Origin: Eledone cirrhosa
Taxonomy: Eukaryota
Length of the DNA stretch: 64,000 nt
Reading direction: 5' to 3'
Assembly (NCBI GenBank): GCA_964016885.1
Contig: OZ024748.1
Location: forward strand, 42,036,001-42,100,000
The first letter of the stretch is position 1. Each line of letters starts with the position of its first letter. Of the stretch, positions 1 through 13,483 are shown piece by piece. Both the position numbers and the translations under genes were made by a program. Under the pieces are notes generated by a model. The model did not search any database. It was not told where the DNA came from and saw only the letters and a list, made by a program, of their open reading frames with translations.

Positions 1-2398
1 GAAATCCCCAGGAAAAGACAAAATACAAAATTTTTGGATAAATGCCTTCACAGAGTCTCATGAGCTGTTAGCCCAACTTTACAATGAAATAGTTAAGGAG
101 CCAGAAAAGATACCATCATGGCTAGTTAACGGCATTACATTCCTGCTTCCGAAGAATGATGAGTCAAACACTCCCAAAAATTACAGATCGATAACTTACT
201 TGACCACAATGTATAAAATGTTAACATCAGTCCTAACTGAATACACATATGACCACCTGATAACAAATGACCTATTTCCCATTGAGCAGAAAGGGTGTAA
301 ACGAGGCTCATATGGCTGTAAGGATCAGCTTTTGGTTAACAAAATGATACTGGAAGATTGTCATAATAGACACAAAAATCTATCAATTGCTTGGATAGAT
401 TATAAAAAAGCATTCGATAGTTTGCCACACAGTTGGCTTGAAAAATGTTTAGAGATTTTCAAAATATCCCCCGTTGTCAGGAGGTTTTTGTCATTCAGTA
501 TGAAGACATGGAAAACGACACTCCTTTTGAATAGCGAAACAAAATCACTGGAAGCCGGAGAAGTTAATATTAATTGTGGAATTTTTCAGGGTGACTCTTT
601 ATCACCGCTTTTATTCTGCATCGCACTTATACCATTAAGTAAAATGCTCAATGAAACAAAACATTGATATAAAGTCTATGACAAAACCATTAATCACTTG
701 TTCTACATGGATGACCTGAAACTATTTGCAAAAAATGATGAACAATTGCAAGGGCTATTATCTACTGTGGAGCAGTTCGGTGATGACATTAAAATGGAGT
801 TTGGACAAGATAAATGCGCCAAAGCAACGTTCACCAGAGGAAAGCTGCTGAAAAGTTCAGACATTAATCTTGATTGGGGGAATGTGATAAGAGAACTTCA
901 TCAAGAGGAAACTTACAAATATCTAGGTGTTTGTGAAGGAGACGGAATCAAGCACTCGACAATGAGGGAAAGGATAAGGAAGGAATGTTACCGCAGAGTA
1001 AGAGCAATCTTAAGAACGGAATTGAATGCAAGGAATAGGATCGATGCCATAAACATGCTTGCCATACCAGTAGTAACCTACAGTTATAATGTCATCAACT
1101 GGTCAAGCACAGAGATCCGTAGGCTCGATACAAAAATTCGAAAATTCTTAACCATGCACAGAATGCATCACCCTAAGGCAGATACAGATAGAATATATCT
1201 CCCTAGGAAAGAAGGAGGACGTGGGTTAATCCAGTTAGACATTGCGTTGAAAACTGCAACAATTGGATTATCTACATATCTAAGGGAATCACATGATTGG
1301 ATGATCAAACTCGTTTTGAAACACGAAAGCATCAAAAGATCATACTCCATTACAAAAGATGCACAAAGATACAGTAATGGACTACAAATTTCAGAAGTCC
1401 CATTTACTGCTGAAATGGAAAACACAGAAAAAGCAAAGCAGGTAAAAGTAACTGCAAAGAAAGAACTGCTACAGAAACTGGCTAAGAAATGGCAAGAAAA
1501 GCCTCTGTATGGAGAATACCCAGAACGAGCTAACAATCCTGATGTTGACAAAACTTTAACGCATCAGTGGTTGGCATCCTCTGGACTGAAATCGGAGACT
1601 GAAGGACTGATTATATCAGCACAAGATCAGTGTCTGCCAACAAAAAATTACCAAGCCAACATAATAAAAAATGGATGCAGCTCATTATGCCGTGTATGTA
1701 AAAAACAACCAGAGACCATTGACCATATAATTTCAATGTGCAGTCCTATAGCTCCAACCGAATACCTAAACAGGCATGACAGAGCTGCACAATACATACA
1801 TTGGATAATGTGTAAGCATCTTGACCTGCCCCATCAAAAGAATTGGTGGGAGCATCAACCACCTCCCATACTTGAAAAAGATCACATCTCAATCTTGTGA
1901 AACTTTAGCATCCAAACAGACCGAAAAATTGATGCAAATAGACCTGATATAATACTGAAGGACTTTAAAAAGAGGGTATGCCTGCTAATTGATATGTCCG
2001 TTCCAATAGACAAGAATGTATCTATAAAAACATTTGAAAAATTGAGCAAGTATAAGGACCTGGAGATAGAAATTGGAAAAATGTGGAAATTGAGAACTAA
2101 AACAATACCAGTGGTTGTGGGCGCTCTAGGAATGATACCTAAGGGGTCTAATGATTACTTATCGCAAATCCCAGGAAACCCTCGTATAGGAGAAATACAA
2201 AAGATAGTACTAATGGGAACTGCCCATATACTAAGGAAGATTCTGTCAATATAGATACATCACAAGTCTAAACACCTAAAGATGCATGTGTGAGTATGTA
2301 TGTTCTTTCTTGAACATGGCGGACCTTGTTGTCTCTTGAGGTCACTGGTTGTGACTTGGTGATAACTCGTATAAACATAAAGCAAGATAAATGCAGCT

Positions 2399-2399
<1 letters not shown>
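1..2399 (+). mobile_element. R4/Dong-clade non-LTR retrotransposon (family A), 3' part; RT + CCHC + restriction-like endonuclease; two in-frame stops
   Basis: ORFs 200-667, 698-1900 and 1994-2254 share one frame, broken by TGA stops. Motifs: GIFQGDSLSP, YMDD, CRVC-ETIDHIISMC, RHD, RPD..D..K..KY. The 3' UTR ends in (TAA)n at 2400-2430. Confidence 0.9.
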
Positions 2400-2428
<29 letters not shown>

Positions 2429-2431
<3 letters not shown>

Positions 2432-2839
2432 GACAGGGTGATCCACTGGCACCTATGCAAAGTAAACAATTTATCACATTCTGAGAAGTCGTATGAGCAT
2501 AAGCCAGAGTCGGTGATAGAAAACGATCAGGTGAAGGTGCTGTGGGATTTTAGGATACAGACGGACAAGATACTGGAACACAATAGACCTGACCTGGTGG
2601 TTTTGGACAAGGAAAAAAGATTGTGCCTGATTGTAGATGTAGCCTGCCCATTTAACACGAGAGTGCAAGAAAAGGAGAGGGAGAAAATTAACCGATACCA
2701 GGACTTAAAGTGGGAGGTAAAAAGGATTTGGAACTGCCATGAGGTCAAAGTGGTCCCGATTGTCATAGGCGCACTAGGTACTATCTCAAAGAGTTTCCAA
2801 GGATGGTTAAAGAAAATTAGTCCAGCCCCGCTTTTTGGA
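2429..2839 (+). mobile_element. R4/Dong family B fragment (REL domain), truncated at both ends
   Basis: Near-identical to ~7008-7418; encodes HNRPDLVV...DVACPF...KINRY. Confidence 0.85.
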
Positions 2840-2895
2840 GTTTCCACCGATCACATTGCCAGATTGGCCGAGGGCTGTGAGCGCCTAATAATAAT

Positions 2896-3539
2896 AAACA
2901 CCATATTTACAAGGAGGAGGCTAGCCCACTGTGTAGGATCTGAGGAGAGAGAGAGGAGACTGTGGCTCACATTGTATCCGAGTGTAAACACCTAGCCCAG
3001 ACTCACTATAAAGGCTGGAGACATGATGTGATGGGCAGGGTGATCCACTGGCACCTATGCAAAGTAAACAATTTACCACATTCTGAGAAGTGGTATGAGC
3101 ATAAGCCAGAGTCGGTGATAGAAAACGATCAGGTGAAGGTGCTGTGGGATTTTAGGTTACTGACGGACAAGAAACTGGAACACAATAGACCTGACCTGGT
3201 GGTTTTGGACAAAGAAAAAGGATCGTGCCTGATTGTGGATGTGGCCTGCCCATTCGACACGAGAGTGCAAGAGAAGGAGAGTGAGAAAATTAACCGATAC
3301 CAGGACTTAAAGTGGGAGGTAAAAAGGATTTGGAATGGCCATGAGGTCAAAGTGGTCCTGATTGTCATAGGCGCACTAGGTACTATCTCAAAGAGTTTCC
3401 AAGGATGGTTAAAAGGCATGCTTGCTGGGACCAGCAAGAACTCTCCGATACGTCCTGAATATCTGAGGCTACAGGTAGCGGCTTGATATTCATTTCAACA
3501 AACTTTCCAGTTAAATAACATCAATGACTGAAACTCAAA

Positions 3540-3540
<1 letters not shown>
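2896..3540 (+). mobile_element. R4/Dong family B, 5'-truncated copy with (AAT)n tail
   Basis: ORF 2962-3486 (RHD, RPD, REL motifs); matches ~6873-7554; followed by (AAT)n at 3541-3588. Confidence 0.9.
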
Positions 3541-3588
<48 letters not shown>

Positions 3589-3590
<2 letters not shown>

Positions 3591-5568
3591 TTTCTTTATT
3601 AACCACAAGGGTTTACATAAAGTAGACATTAAGGACAGTGCAGGACAATGCAGGACGGTACAAATGGGCATTTCTGCGTGTAAAAAAAACAAAAACAGAG
3701 GATGTAACAAAAATAACAATGAAAATAACAATGAAAAATTCCCCAATAGGGGGGAGACTTCGGAGGGACATTTGTGGAGAAAGCCCAGTAAAAAGCCACA
3801 ATGACCCTGACCACCAAGGCAAGTGCCCTCTCCCAGTTTTCCACCTTTAGTTTACAGATATATACTCAGAGTCGGCCCATTCACTCGGGCCATTCTTGCT
3901 TCTCTCACCCATCTTTCAACAAAATGCTGGGAAGAGAGCACTTCCTTCTCTACTCTGATTTTCCTTTTCAAATGAAATTTGAAAAAGTCAATCAGAGCAT
4001 CACCGAAGAGGTAAGTGCTCGTCTTCAGCCCTTTCAAACGTGTCCACCATACTATCTCTTTCGCCATGGCCACCAGACAGATAAAAACTGCCTGCCCTTC
4101 CCGGCTAAAGGAGGAGGGCGGGGCAATCCTCACGATAGACTCAGATGATAGCTGGATCCGTCCTAAACGCGACAGCAGGTGTTCGACATAAACCCACAAG
4201 TCAGCAATTTTCGGACACTGGACGAGTGCGTGCAGGACGGTTTCGTCGCCCTGCGCGCATCTCGGACATGCCCGGCTGACGGCACCTCCATGCCTGTAGA
4301 GTTTATCCCGAACTGGCAAGGCTCCTCGGTAGCACTGCCAGGCCAGAGATTTCTGGAAGTTGTCCATAGGCCCTGGCCCGAAAGTTCTTCCGAAGAGATT
4401 GGCTAGTTGATTTTCGTCGACGCCTAGAGTTTCCCCAAGTACGTCGTCGCTCTTCCCCTCCACTAATCCTCTATAGAACGCCGAGGTGGAGTTTCCACCG
4501 ATCACATTGCCCGATTGGTCGAGGGCTGTGAGCGCCTGAAGACATTCCAGTCTCCAGGCGCTCCCTCTCGGTCTTCGCTTGACCCAGGACTGCAGCTCCG
4601 TCAAGGAAACGAGCTGGGGAAAAACGCGTCTAGCAAACGGCGACCACACCTGATCACCGTCGAGGAAGAGGTGGAGATGTCGTAGCCTGAGCGCGTGCCT
4701 GCGCATCATCAGCCACGGCATGCCCAGCCCTCCACGTAGCGGGTGTTGACAACAGATGGACCGCCTGACCATCGGAGCACGTCCCTTCCACAAAAAGCGA
4801 AAGAGCAAACGCTCCAGCGCAGTCAGGCGAGGCTTAGGACAAGGTACGACGGTTAGGCGGTAGCAGATGACAGACGCGATGTACGCGTTAGCCACCTCCG
4901 CTCGACCTTTCAGGGATAGCTTCCTCTCCGCCCATTTCTGGGTGAGAGAAGCCACCCTGCTCGTCACCTCGTCCCAGTTTTTGTCCGTCTGGAGGTCCGG
5001 ACCGAACCAGACCCCTAGCAATTTAACCGGTCCGTCCGTCCAGCGCCCGACGACGCTGTTGGACGGCATGGACCTGCCTCTCCAGGTGCCGAGCTGCAGG
5101 CCCACTGACTTTTCCTGGTTGATCATTGCTCCTGTCACCGCTTCGTATTCTCTTAGTATAGTGCCGATCGCCTCGATGTGTTTGGCGTTCGACACCACTA
5201 CGGTGACATCGTCGGCATATGCTGACACGGATCTTCCGCATCCTAGTTCGCGCGGGACTCCCCTCAACGTCTCCAGTTTGTGCAGTAATGGCTCGAGAGT
5301 CAATACGTACAAGAGGGACGAGAGGGGACATCCTTGGCGGACCGAGCGCATGATGTTGAACGGTTCCGACAGGTGACCGTTCACTCTCACCACAGAGCAG
5401 ATGTCGCTGTGCATGGCAGCGATCCAGCCTCTGAAGATGGGCCCAAAGCCAGCCGCCTTCAGGACTGCCGCTAGGTAACGATGGTCGACCCTATCGAAAG
5501 CTTTCGACTGATCTAAATTGATCAAGGACCCACCCGTGCCAGGTTCCTTAGCTACCCTCTCTATGATG
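3589..5568 (-). mobile_element. L1/Tx1-clade LINE, 5'-truncated copy (RT C-terminal half, zf-RVT, 3' UTR)
   Basis: ORF 3852-5576: DQSKAFDRV, RQGCPLS, YADD, CPRC-ETVLHALVQC. Minus-strand AATAAA lies just before the (ATT)n tail. Paralogous to 7612-9571. Confidence 0.9.
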
Positions 5569-7553
5569 ACAAGCATTATGTCTGAGGAAATCTACCATCA
5601 CCTCCACACAAACAACTTGTTACCGGACGAACAGAAGGGAAGCCGAAAGAAGTCACGTGGTATAAAGAACCAGTTACTTATTGATAAGATGGTAATGAGG
5701 AATTGCAAGAGGAGACACACTGGTCTTGCCATGGGATGGATAGACTACAAAAAGGCATTTGACATGGTGCCTCATTCTTGGATCACCAAAAACCTGGAGA
5801 TTTTCAAGGTGGCAGATAACATCAGACAGTTGTTGGGCAAAAGTATGAAGTCCTGGGAAACAGAGTTAACATCAACTGGAGAATCCTTGGGAAGCGTGAA
5901 GATCAAGAGAGGTATCTTCCAGGGAGATAGTCTGTCCCCTCTGTTGTTTGTCCTTGCCCTGATGCCCCTGACCAGTGTACTGCGAAAAGTGAGAGCAGGA
6001 TACAGGTTGGGAAAGGGAGGGCTTACCATCAATCACCTCCTCTTCATGGACGATCTTAAGCTCTTCGAGAAGAGTGAGAAGGAGTTGGATGTGCTTGTTG
6101 ACACTGTCCGTATTTTCAGCAATGATATATGTATGCAATTTGGTATTAGTAAGTGTGGAGTCATTGTGATGAAGAGGAGTAAATTGAGTAGAAGTAATGG
6201 AATCCAGGTACCAACAGGTGAGATGATAAAGGAAATTGACTCTGAAGAAGGATACAAGTATTTGGGTGTTCTGGAGGCTGATGACATCAAGAACAAAAAA
6301 ATGAAGGAATTGATAAGAACTGAATACATTCGGAGAGTAAGGAGCGTATTAAAGTCACATTTAAACAGTAGGAATGTCATAAGTGCAGTAATTCCCGAGC
6401 TGTGTCTATTATTAGGTACAGTGCGGGAATTCTGAGATGGAATGTTGCTGAACAAAAAGAAATGGATAGGAAGACTAGGAAGCCATTGACTGTCTACAAC
6501 ATGTTCCACAAGAGGAGTGATGTCGATAGACTCTACTTAAGGAGATCTGAAGGTGGAAGAGGTCTTATCAGCATAGAGGACTGTGTTCAGATGGAGAAAA
6601 ACAACCTACACAAATACGTGACTGATAGTAAGGAGCCAATGCTCAGAACTGTACTGAAGGAGGGGACAATAGACCAGGGGATGTCCAAGGAGGAAATAAC
6701 ATCAAGGAGAAAGAGCAGCCTTCAGGCAAAATCCCTTCATAGTACCTTCTTTGAGAAAACTGAATTTAGAAATCCACAGACATGGAACTGGTTGAAAAGA
6801 GGAGACCTTAAAAAGGCTACAGAAGGAATGTTAATGGCTGCGCAGGAGCAGGCCCTCAAAACGAAGTGGTTGAAACACCATATTTACAAGGAGGAGGCTA
6901 GCTCACTGTGCAGGATCTGTGGAGAGAGAGAGGAGACTGTGGCTCACATTGTATCCGAGTGTAAACACCTAGCCCAGACTCACTATAAGGGCTGGAGACA
7001 TGATGTAATGGGCAGGGTGATCCACTGGCACCTGTGCAAAGTAAACAATTTACCACATTCTGAGAAATGGTATGAGCATAAGCCAGAGGCGGTGATGGAG
7101 AACGATCAGGTGAAGGTGCTGTGGGATTTTAGGATACAGACGGACAAGAAACTGGAACACAATAGACCTGACCTGGTGGTTGTGGACAAAGAAAAAAGAT
7201 CGTGACTGATTGTGGATGTGGCCTGCCAATTCGACACGAGAGTGCAAGAGAAGGAGAGGGAGAAAATTAACCGATACCAGGACTTAAAGTGGGAGGTAAA
7301 AAGGATTTGGAACTGCCATGAAGTCAAAGTGATCCCGATTGTCATAGGCGCACTGGGTACTATCTCAAAAAGTTTCCAGGGATGGTTAAAGAAAATTGGC
7401 TCCTTCACGCTTTTTGGAACGCTTCAAAAGCATGCTTGCTGGGAACAGCAAGAACCCTCCGATACGTCCTGAATATCTGAGGCTACAGGTAGCGGCTTGA
7501 TATTCATTTCAACAAACTTTCCAGTTAACTAACAACAATGACTGAGACTCAAA

Positions 7554-7554
<1 letters not shown>
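5565..7554 (+). mobile_element. R4/Dong family B, 5'-truncated copy (RT to REL), frameshifted
   Basis: ORFs 5518-6435, 6402-7205, 7212-7472 with GIFQGDSLSP, FMDD, CRIC-HIVSEC, RHD, RPD; (AAT)n tail at 7555-7611. Confidence 0.9.
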
Positions 7555-7612
<58 letters not shown>

Positions 7613-7854
7613 TTTTCTTTATTAACCACAAGGGTTTACATAAAGTAGACATTAAGGACAGTACAGGACAATACAGGACGATACAAATGGACATTTCTGT
7701 GTGTAAAAAAACAGAGGTTGTAATAAAATAACAAAGAAAAATTCCCCAATAGGGGGGAGACTTCCGAGGGACATTTGTGGAGAAAGCCCATTAAAAGACC
7801 ACAGTGACCCTGACCACCAGGGCAAGTGCCCTCTCCCAGTTTTCCACCTTTAAT

Positions 7855-10800
7855 TTACAGACACATACTCAGAGAAGGCCCATTCATTCGGGCCATACTT
7901 GCTTCTCTCACCCATCTTTCAACAAAATGCTGGGAAGAGAGCACTTCCCTCTCTACCCTGATTTTCCTTTTCAAATGAAATTTGAAAAAGTTAATCAGGG
8001 CATCACCGAAGAGGTAAGTGCTCGTCTTCAGCCCTTTCAAACGTGTCCACCATATTATCTCTTTCGCCATGGCCACCAGACAGATAAAAACTGCCTGCCC
8101 TTCCCGGCTAAAGGAAGAGGGCGGAGCAATCCTCACAATGGACTCAGCTGATAGCTGGATCCGTCCTACATGTGACAGCAGGTGTTCGACATAAACCCAG
8201 AAGTCAGCAATGCTCGGACACTGGACGAGTGCGTGCAGGATGGTTTCGTCGCCCTGTGCGCATCTCGGACATGCCCGGCTGACGGCACCTCCATGCCTGT
8301 AGAGTTTATCCCGAACTGGCAAAGCTCCCCGGTAGCACTGCCAGGCCAGGGATTTCTGAAAGTTGTCCATAGGCCCCGGCCCGAAAGTCCTTCCGAAGAG
8401 ATTGGCTAGTTGATTTTCGTCGACGCCTAAAGTTTCTCCAAGTACGTCGTCGCTCTTACCCTCCACTAATCCCCTATAGAACGCCAAGGTGGAGTTTCCA
8501 CCGATCACATTGCCCGATTGGTCGAGGGCTGTGAGCGCCTGAAGACATTCCAGTCTCCAAGCGCTCCCTCTCGGTCTTCGCTTGACCCAGGACTGCAGCT
8601 CCGTCAAGGAGACGAGCTGGGGAAAAACGTGTCTTGCAAACGGCGACCACACCTGATCACCATCGAGGAAGAGGTGGAGATGTCGTAGCCTGAGCGCGTG
8701 TCTGCGCATCATCAGCCACGGCATGCCCAGCCCTCCACGTAGCGGGTGTTGACAGCAGATGGACCGCCTGACCATCGGAGCGCGTCCCTTCCACAAGAAG
8801 CGAAAGAGCAAACGCTCCAGCGCAGTCAGGCGGGGCTTAGGACAAGGTACGACGGTCAGGCGGTAGTAGATGACGGATGCGATGTATGCATTCGCCACCT
8901 CCGCTCGACCTTTCAGGGATAGCTTCCTCTCGGCCCATTTCTGGGTGAGAGAAGCCACCCTGCTCGTCACCTCGTCCCAGTTTTTGTCCGTCTGGAGGTC
9001 TGGACCGAACCAGACCCCTAGCAATTTAACCGGTCCGTCCGTCCAGCGCCCGACGACGCTGTTGGACGGCATGGACCTGCCTCTCCAGGTGCCGAGCTGC
9101 AGGCCCACTGACTTTTCCTGGTTGATCATTGCTCCTGTCACCGCTTCGTATTCTCTTAGTGTAGTGCCGATCGCCTCGATGTGTTTGGCGTTCGACACCA
9201 CTACGGTGACATCGTCGGCATATGCTGACACGGATCTTCCGCATCCTAGTTCGCGCGGGACCCCCCTCAATGTCTCCAGTTTGTGCAGTAATGGCTCGAG
9301 AGTCAATACGTACAATAGGGACGAGAGGGGACATCCTTGGCGGACCGAGCGCATGATGTTGAACGGTTCCGAAAGGTGACCGTTCACTCTCACTACAGAG
9401 TAGATGTCGCTGTGCATGGCAGCGATCCAGCCTCTGAAGACGGGCCCAAAGCCAGCCGCCCTCAGGACTGCCGTTAGGTAACGATGGTCGACCCTATCGA
9501 AGGCTTTCGACTGATCTAAATTGATCAAAGACCCACCCGTGCCAGGTTCCCTAGCTACCCTCTCTACGATGTATCGCATGAGGTGGAGGTTGTCGTGGAT
9601 GGATCTGTCGGGAATGGCGCATGTCTGTGCCTCTCTCACCAGACCACCAACGACAAGCACCAACCTCTTTGCTAGCACCTTGGCCAAAATCTTGAACTCT
9701 GTGTTTAGCAGAGTTATGGGCCTAAAATTATCTATGTTATCCCCCTTGTTCGGATCCTTTCTCAGCAGCGCCACCGCTCCTCGGCTCACAGAGCTGGGAA
9801 TTCTCCCGTTCTGTTGCCAGTTGCAGTAGACGTCCGCCAAGAGGCCTCCGAACAAGTTTGGCATTTGTACGTAAAGTTCATAGGGCAGACCATCCAAACC
9901 AGGCGATTTACCCCTTGTGCAACTAGTCATTGCATCCCGTACTTCAGCGGTTGTTATCGGCTTTTCGCAACACTCCGCCTCAGTGGCCGAAAGCCGCGGC
10001 AGTCCGTCGAGGTAGACACTAAAGTCCATCCCTCGATCCGGCCCGCCACTGCCCCCGAACAGTTGAGCGAAGTGTCGCTGAAAAGCTTCACACATTTACC
10101 CGGGATCGAGTAGCATGCGCCCGTCGTGGTCCACCAAAGACCGGATCGTGGCTTTGTTGCCACGACGCGCCTCCGCCACTCGGGCCCATTGAACGGCTTT
10201 CGTCCCCTCGTGTCTGAGAGCACGCACCCTAGCTCTGACAACGCAGCCTTCGTGCTTTGCATTGAAGAATTGGTCAAGGGCCAATTTCGCCGCAAGTACG
10301 TCGGTCGCGATGCCTTTGCTAAGCGCCTCATCTAATTTTCTAACTAATTCTCCCTCTGCTCTATTTTTCTCTATTGCTAAAGCCTTACTAAACCTAATGG
10401 ACTCTATTCTAATTGCTCTTTTCAGAGCAAACCACCACTTGTTGTTGACGATGGCCCCCGTCAACGCCCGCTTAACTAGTTCGCTAATCCGGTCTCTGTA
10501 GGCCTTGGGCGCTGGTAAGGACGCGTTTAGCTTCCAGTAGCCGGGTCCTCGTCTATGAAGCCTATCTAAGTCAAGCACACAGATCACGAATTTGTGGTCC
10601 GTGTAGCTGACTATCTTGAATTGTGGACAGCCTATGCTAGACCTATCTATTTCCGTCGACAAAATACTCTATCTAGATATGATCTGGATGACCCTATGCG
10701 ATTTGTCCATGTCCACATTGGTACATTCTGGAAATCCATTCGGTACCTGTCAGACAGTTCAAAACGTCTGAGCAGGTTGGTGAGACTCTTGCACCCTCCT

Positions 10801-11276
10801 TCCCTATCCACTAATCCCACACAATCCCAGCGTGCATCTAAGATCCCGTTCCAGTCGCCCACTAACACTAAAGAGCGGGACGTTCCAAGAAAGGTCTCCA
10901 GACGCCGGAAGAAATCAGGCCGCCCTGCTCCTGTCGGGGCATAGACGGCCACTAACCTGAAAGCTTGCCCGTCTCCGCTGGTCACGTCCAGCATCACCAA
11001 CTTACCTTCTGGGTCCAGGAAGATGGCCCGTATGGCAAGATCCAAACCTCTCCGAAAAAGCACAGCAACTCCTCCCCCCGATCCCGGACGGCTGGGAGAT
11101 GCGTACACATCGTAGCCGCCGAAGATCGGTGCGAAGGCCCGTGCTTCGGAGATTCTGGTCTCGCTGATGGCCACTACATCTATGTTTAGTGACCTGAGGT
11201 CGTTGAGCAGGTGGCCCTGCTTCCATGACGACCCCAAGCCACGCGCATTTATGCTGCCTATTCTGAGTGAGGTCAT
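7855..11276 (-). pseudogene. Tx1 ORF2 (APE endonuclease + reverse transcriptase + zf-RVT), one frameshift and one stop
   Basis: 10647-11276: SINARG, ISET, VYAP, GDWN, SYLDR (APE). 10096-10662: YTDH, GPGYWKLN. 7855-10095: KSPGLDG, FRPITLLN, YADD. Frameshift near 10655; TAA at 10096-10098. Confidence 0.9.
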
Positions 11277-11310
11277 GTTGAAAAGGAGTGGAAAAGATGG
11301 GAAAGACCAC

Positions 11311-13273
11311 TTACCTTACTTCTCGTAGGGGAAGGACGGTTTTTCCATCCTTTTCACTGCTTGTGGCCTCCTCAGGAAGGATGTCCTTATAAATCCTCCT
11401 GGAGAGTGCTTGTCGGAAGTCTCCGATGTCTTTGGGGAATTTTTGTTTTAGTGTCATGTACGTTTTCTGTGTGATGCGAGTGATTTGTATGTGTGGAGGT
11501 GGTGTGAATTTTGGGGTTGTTGTGTAGTCTTTTTCTGTGATGCTGGTGTTGCGTTGGATGTAGTGTAATAATTGCTTGTTGTTCAAATTTAATGCTGTGT
11601 AGTGTGTATCGTTTTGGTTGTTTTGTTTTGTTTGCGTTTGTTGTGGGTTTGTTTCTGTTTCGCATTTTGGTGACTTTTGTGGTGTAGGTGATGGTGGTGT
11701 TGGGGTTAATGATGGTGATGGTGTTCGTGTTTGGGTTGATGGGGTTGGTGATGCTGGTGTGGATGGTGGCATATCTGTCCTAACTTTTTTGTTTCTTAGT
11801 TTATTTGTTTCCCTCTGTATTTTGTTTTTGGAGGGGGAAGGAAGAGAATTTTTTCTTTTTTGGTTTCTTTTTTTTTTTCCGGATATCGTTTCCCACTCCT
11901 CGTCGTCACAATCTGTCTCCAGTTGTGATAGGCCGGGGAGTGGAAAATCCTCCACAGCCGTTAGTTTTGGTTGTGGTGTGGTGGATGGTGTAGGCGCTGG
12001 TGCTAGTTCTGAAGCGTTGGGTGGTGGTGGTGTTGGTTTTGCTGGTGGTGGTAGTGGTGTTGGTTTTGCTACTGTTGCTGGGGTTGTTGCTGTTATAGTT
12101 GCTTCTGTTGTTGCTGCTACAGTTGTTGCTGCCATCTCTGCTACTGGTGGTGTTGATGTTTGTGTCACTGGGGTGGGTAGGAGAGGTGGCCTCAACCTTT
12201 TAGCCTGAGGGCAGAAAGCCCTTAGGTGGGTTCCTTCACCACAAACGACACACCTAGGTCTTCTGCCCTCGACAATTACCGTGAGGTGGCCGCCGTCAGT
12301 GAGGTCTATTACCTCTGGGATCTCCTCAATGCTTTTTTGGTCCGCTTGGATCAGGAGCTCCATCCCAGATCCGGACCAGTTTTCCTGCTTTTCTTTTGCT
12401 ACTGCTATTATTTTCGTGTTGGCTTCGATGCCGGCGAGGACAGCCGCTATTAGCCAGGGAATTTCGATGGCCGGTGGAACGTGGGTCACCCTGATCTTTA
12501 CGAGTCTCTGGCCACAATAGCTTGGGACGAGTGTGAAGTCGTCACTTCTTAATGGGGCCATGGAGTGTTCTCTAGCCTCCTCTGGTGTTTCAAAGAACAC
12601 GTCCACGGTTCCATACTTTTGCCCACGTCTGATGTGGGTTTTTCTTGCCCACACATGTCCCAAAGCTTTTTGGATTTGGGACTCGGATGCCCGTTCCACT
12701 CGGCGCGATTTTACATTTATTGTTCTATACGACACGGTGCACAGGCGCCGATGCTCCATTTTATTAGGTGGGGGGGGGTCTAACCCTGTACCCATCTTTC
12801 TTTACCATTTGTTTGGCATTTTCTAAATCTTCTTGAGTTACCGTGAACGCTTCGAATTGTTTTGCTACGATGGCGAAACTGAGGGTCGGTTTTATAATGT
12901 CATTGTTGTTGTTGTTGCTATCGTTAATATTAATTTTATTTTCAGTTGTGGTGGTGGTGACGTCAGTCGTCTTTGGTGGGGAAGAGTCCATTTTGCTTGA
13001 TTTCATTTCGACATCACGAGTTAATTTATTTTTTTCTTCTTTTGTTTCTGTTGTCGCGGTGGTGGTGGTGGTGGTGGTGGAGGCTTTAACACCTGCAGTC
13101 ATTGGTAATGGCGGGAAATGAATGTCTGCCTGAGACAAATTTAAAATATTGCTACTGCTTATATTTTTTTTTGTGTTGGCAAACGTAGTAACATTTACAA
13201 TGGTGGTGTCGGTGTGAGGTGTTATTTTGTGAGGAAGGCTTTCAGCTGCTTCGTGCAGAGGTGAAGTAGCCAT
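11311..13273 (-). pseudogene. Tx1 ORF1 (gag-like, CX2CX4HX4C knuckle), split at a poly-C run
   Basis: ORF 11311-12795 contains CVVCGEGTHLRAFC; upstream ORF 12764-13273 joins in frame if one C is removed from the homopolymer at ~12770-12778. Confidence 0.75.
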
Positions 13274-13483
13274 TTTTTTTTCAAAGAAATTTTTTGATAA
13301 TAATAAAAGTTAAAATTTTGGGCACAAGGCCCCAATCTTTTTAGGTGTCCTTTTCGGAAAACAATGTATGTGTGCTTATAAACAGTTAACAATAAAATTT
13401 TCCATAAATGGCAATTTTTAAACAAACGGAAATAACAAACCTTTGCGGAGCTCACGATAATACGATTTCCTACGTAGGTCGCC

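Larger units (their letters stand above)
7612..13483 (-). mobile_element. Apparently full-length L1/Tx1-clade LINE (~5.9 kb), flanked by (ATT)n on both sides
   Basis: 5' UTR, ORF1 with a zinc knuckle, ORF2 APE-RT-zf, 3' UTR with AATAAA; bounded by (AAT)n at 7555-7611 and 13484-13516. Confidence 0.9.

Noticed and set aside
5518-5576. Overlapping ORF starts suggesting a bidirectional or fused RT gene
   Set aside because: An artefact of the head-to-head junction of two truncated LINEs.
6033-6509. Antisense ORFs over LINE and Gypsy pol regions
   Set aside because: Shadow frames of retroelement coding sequence.
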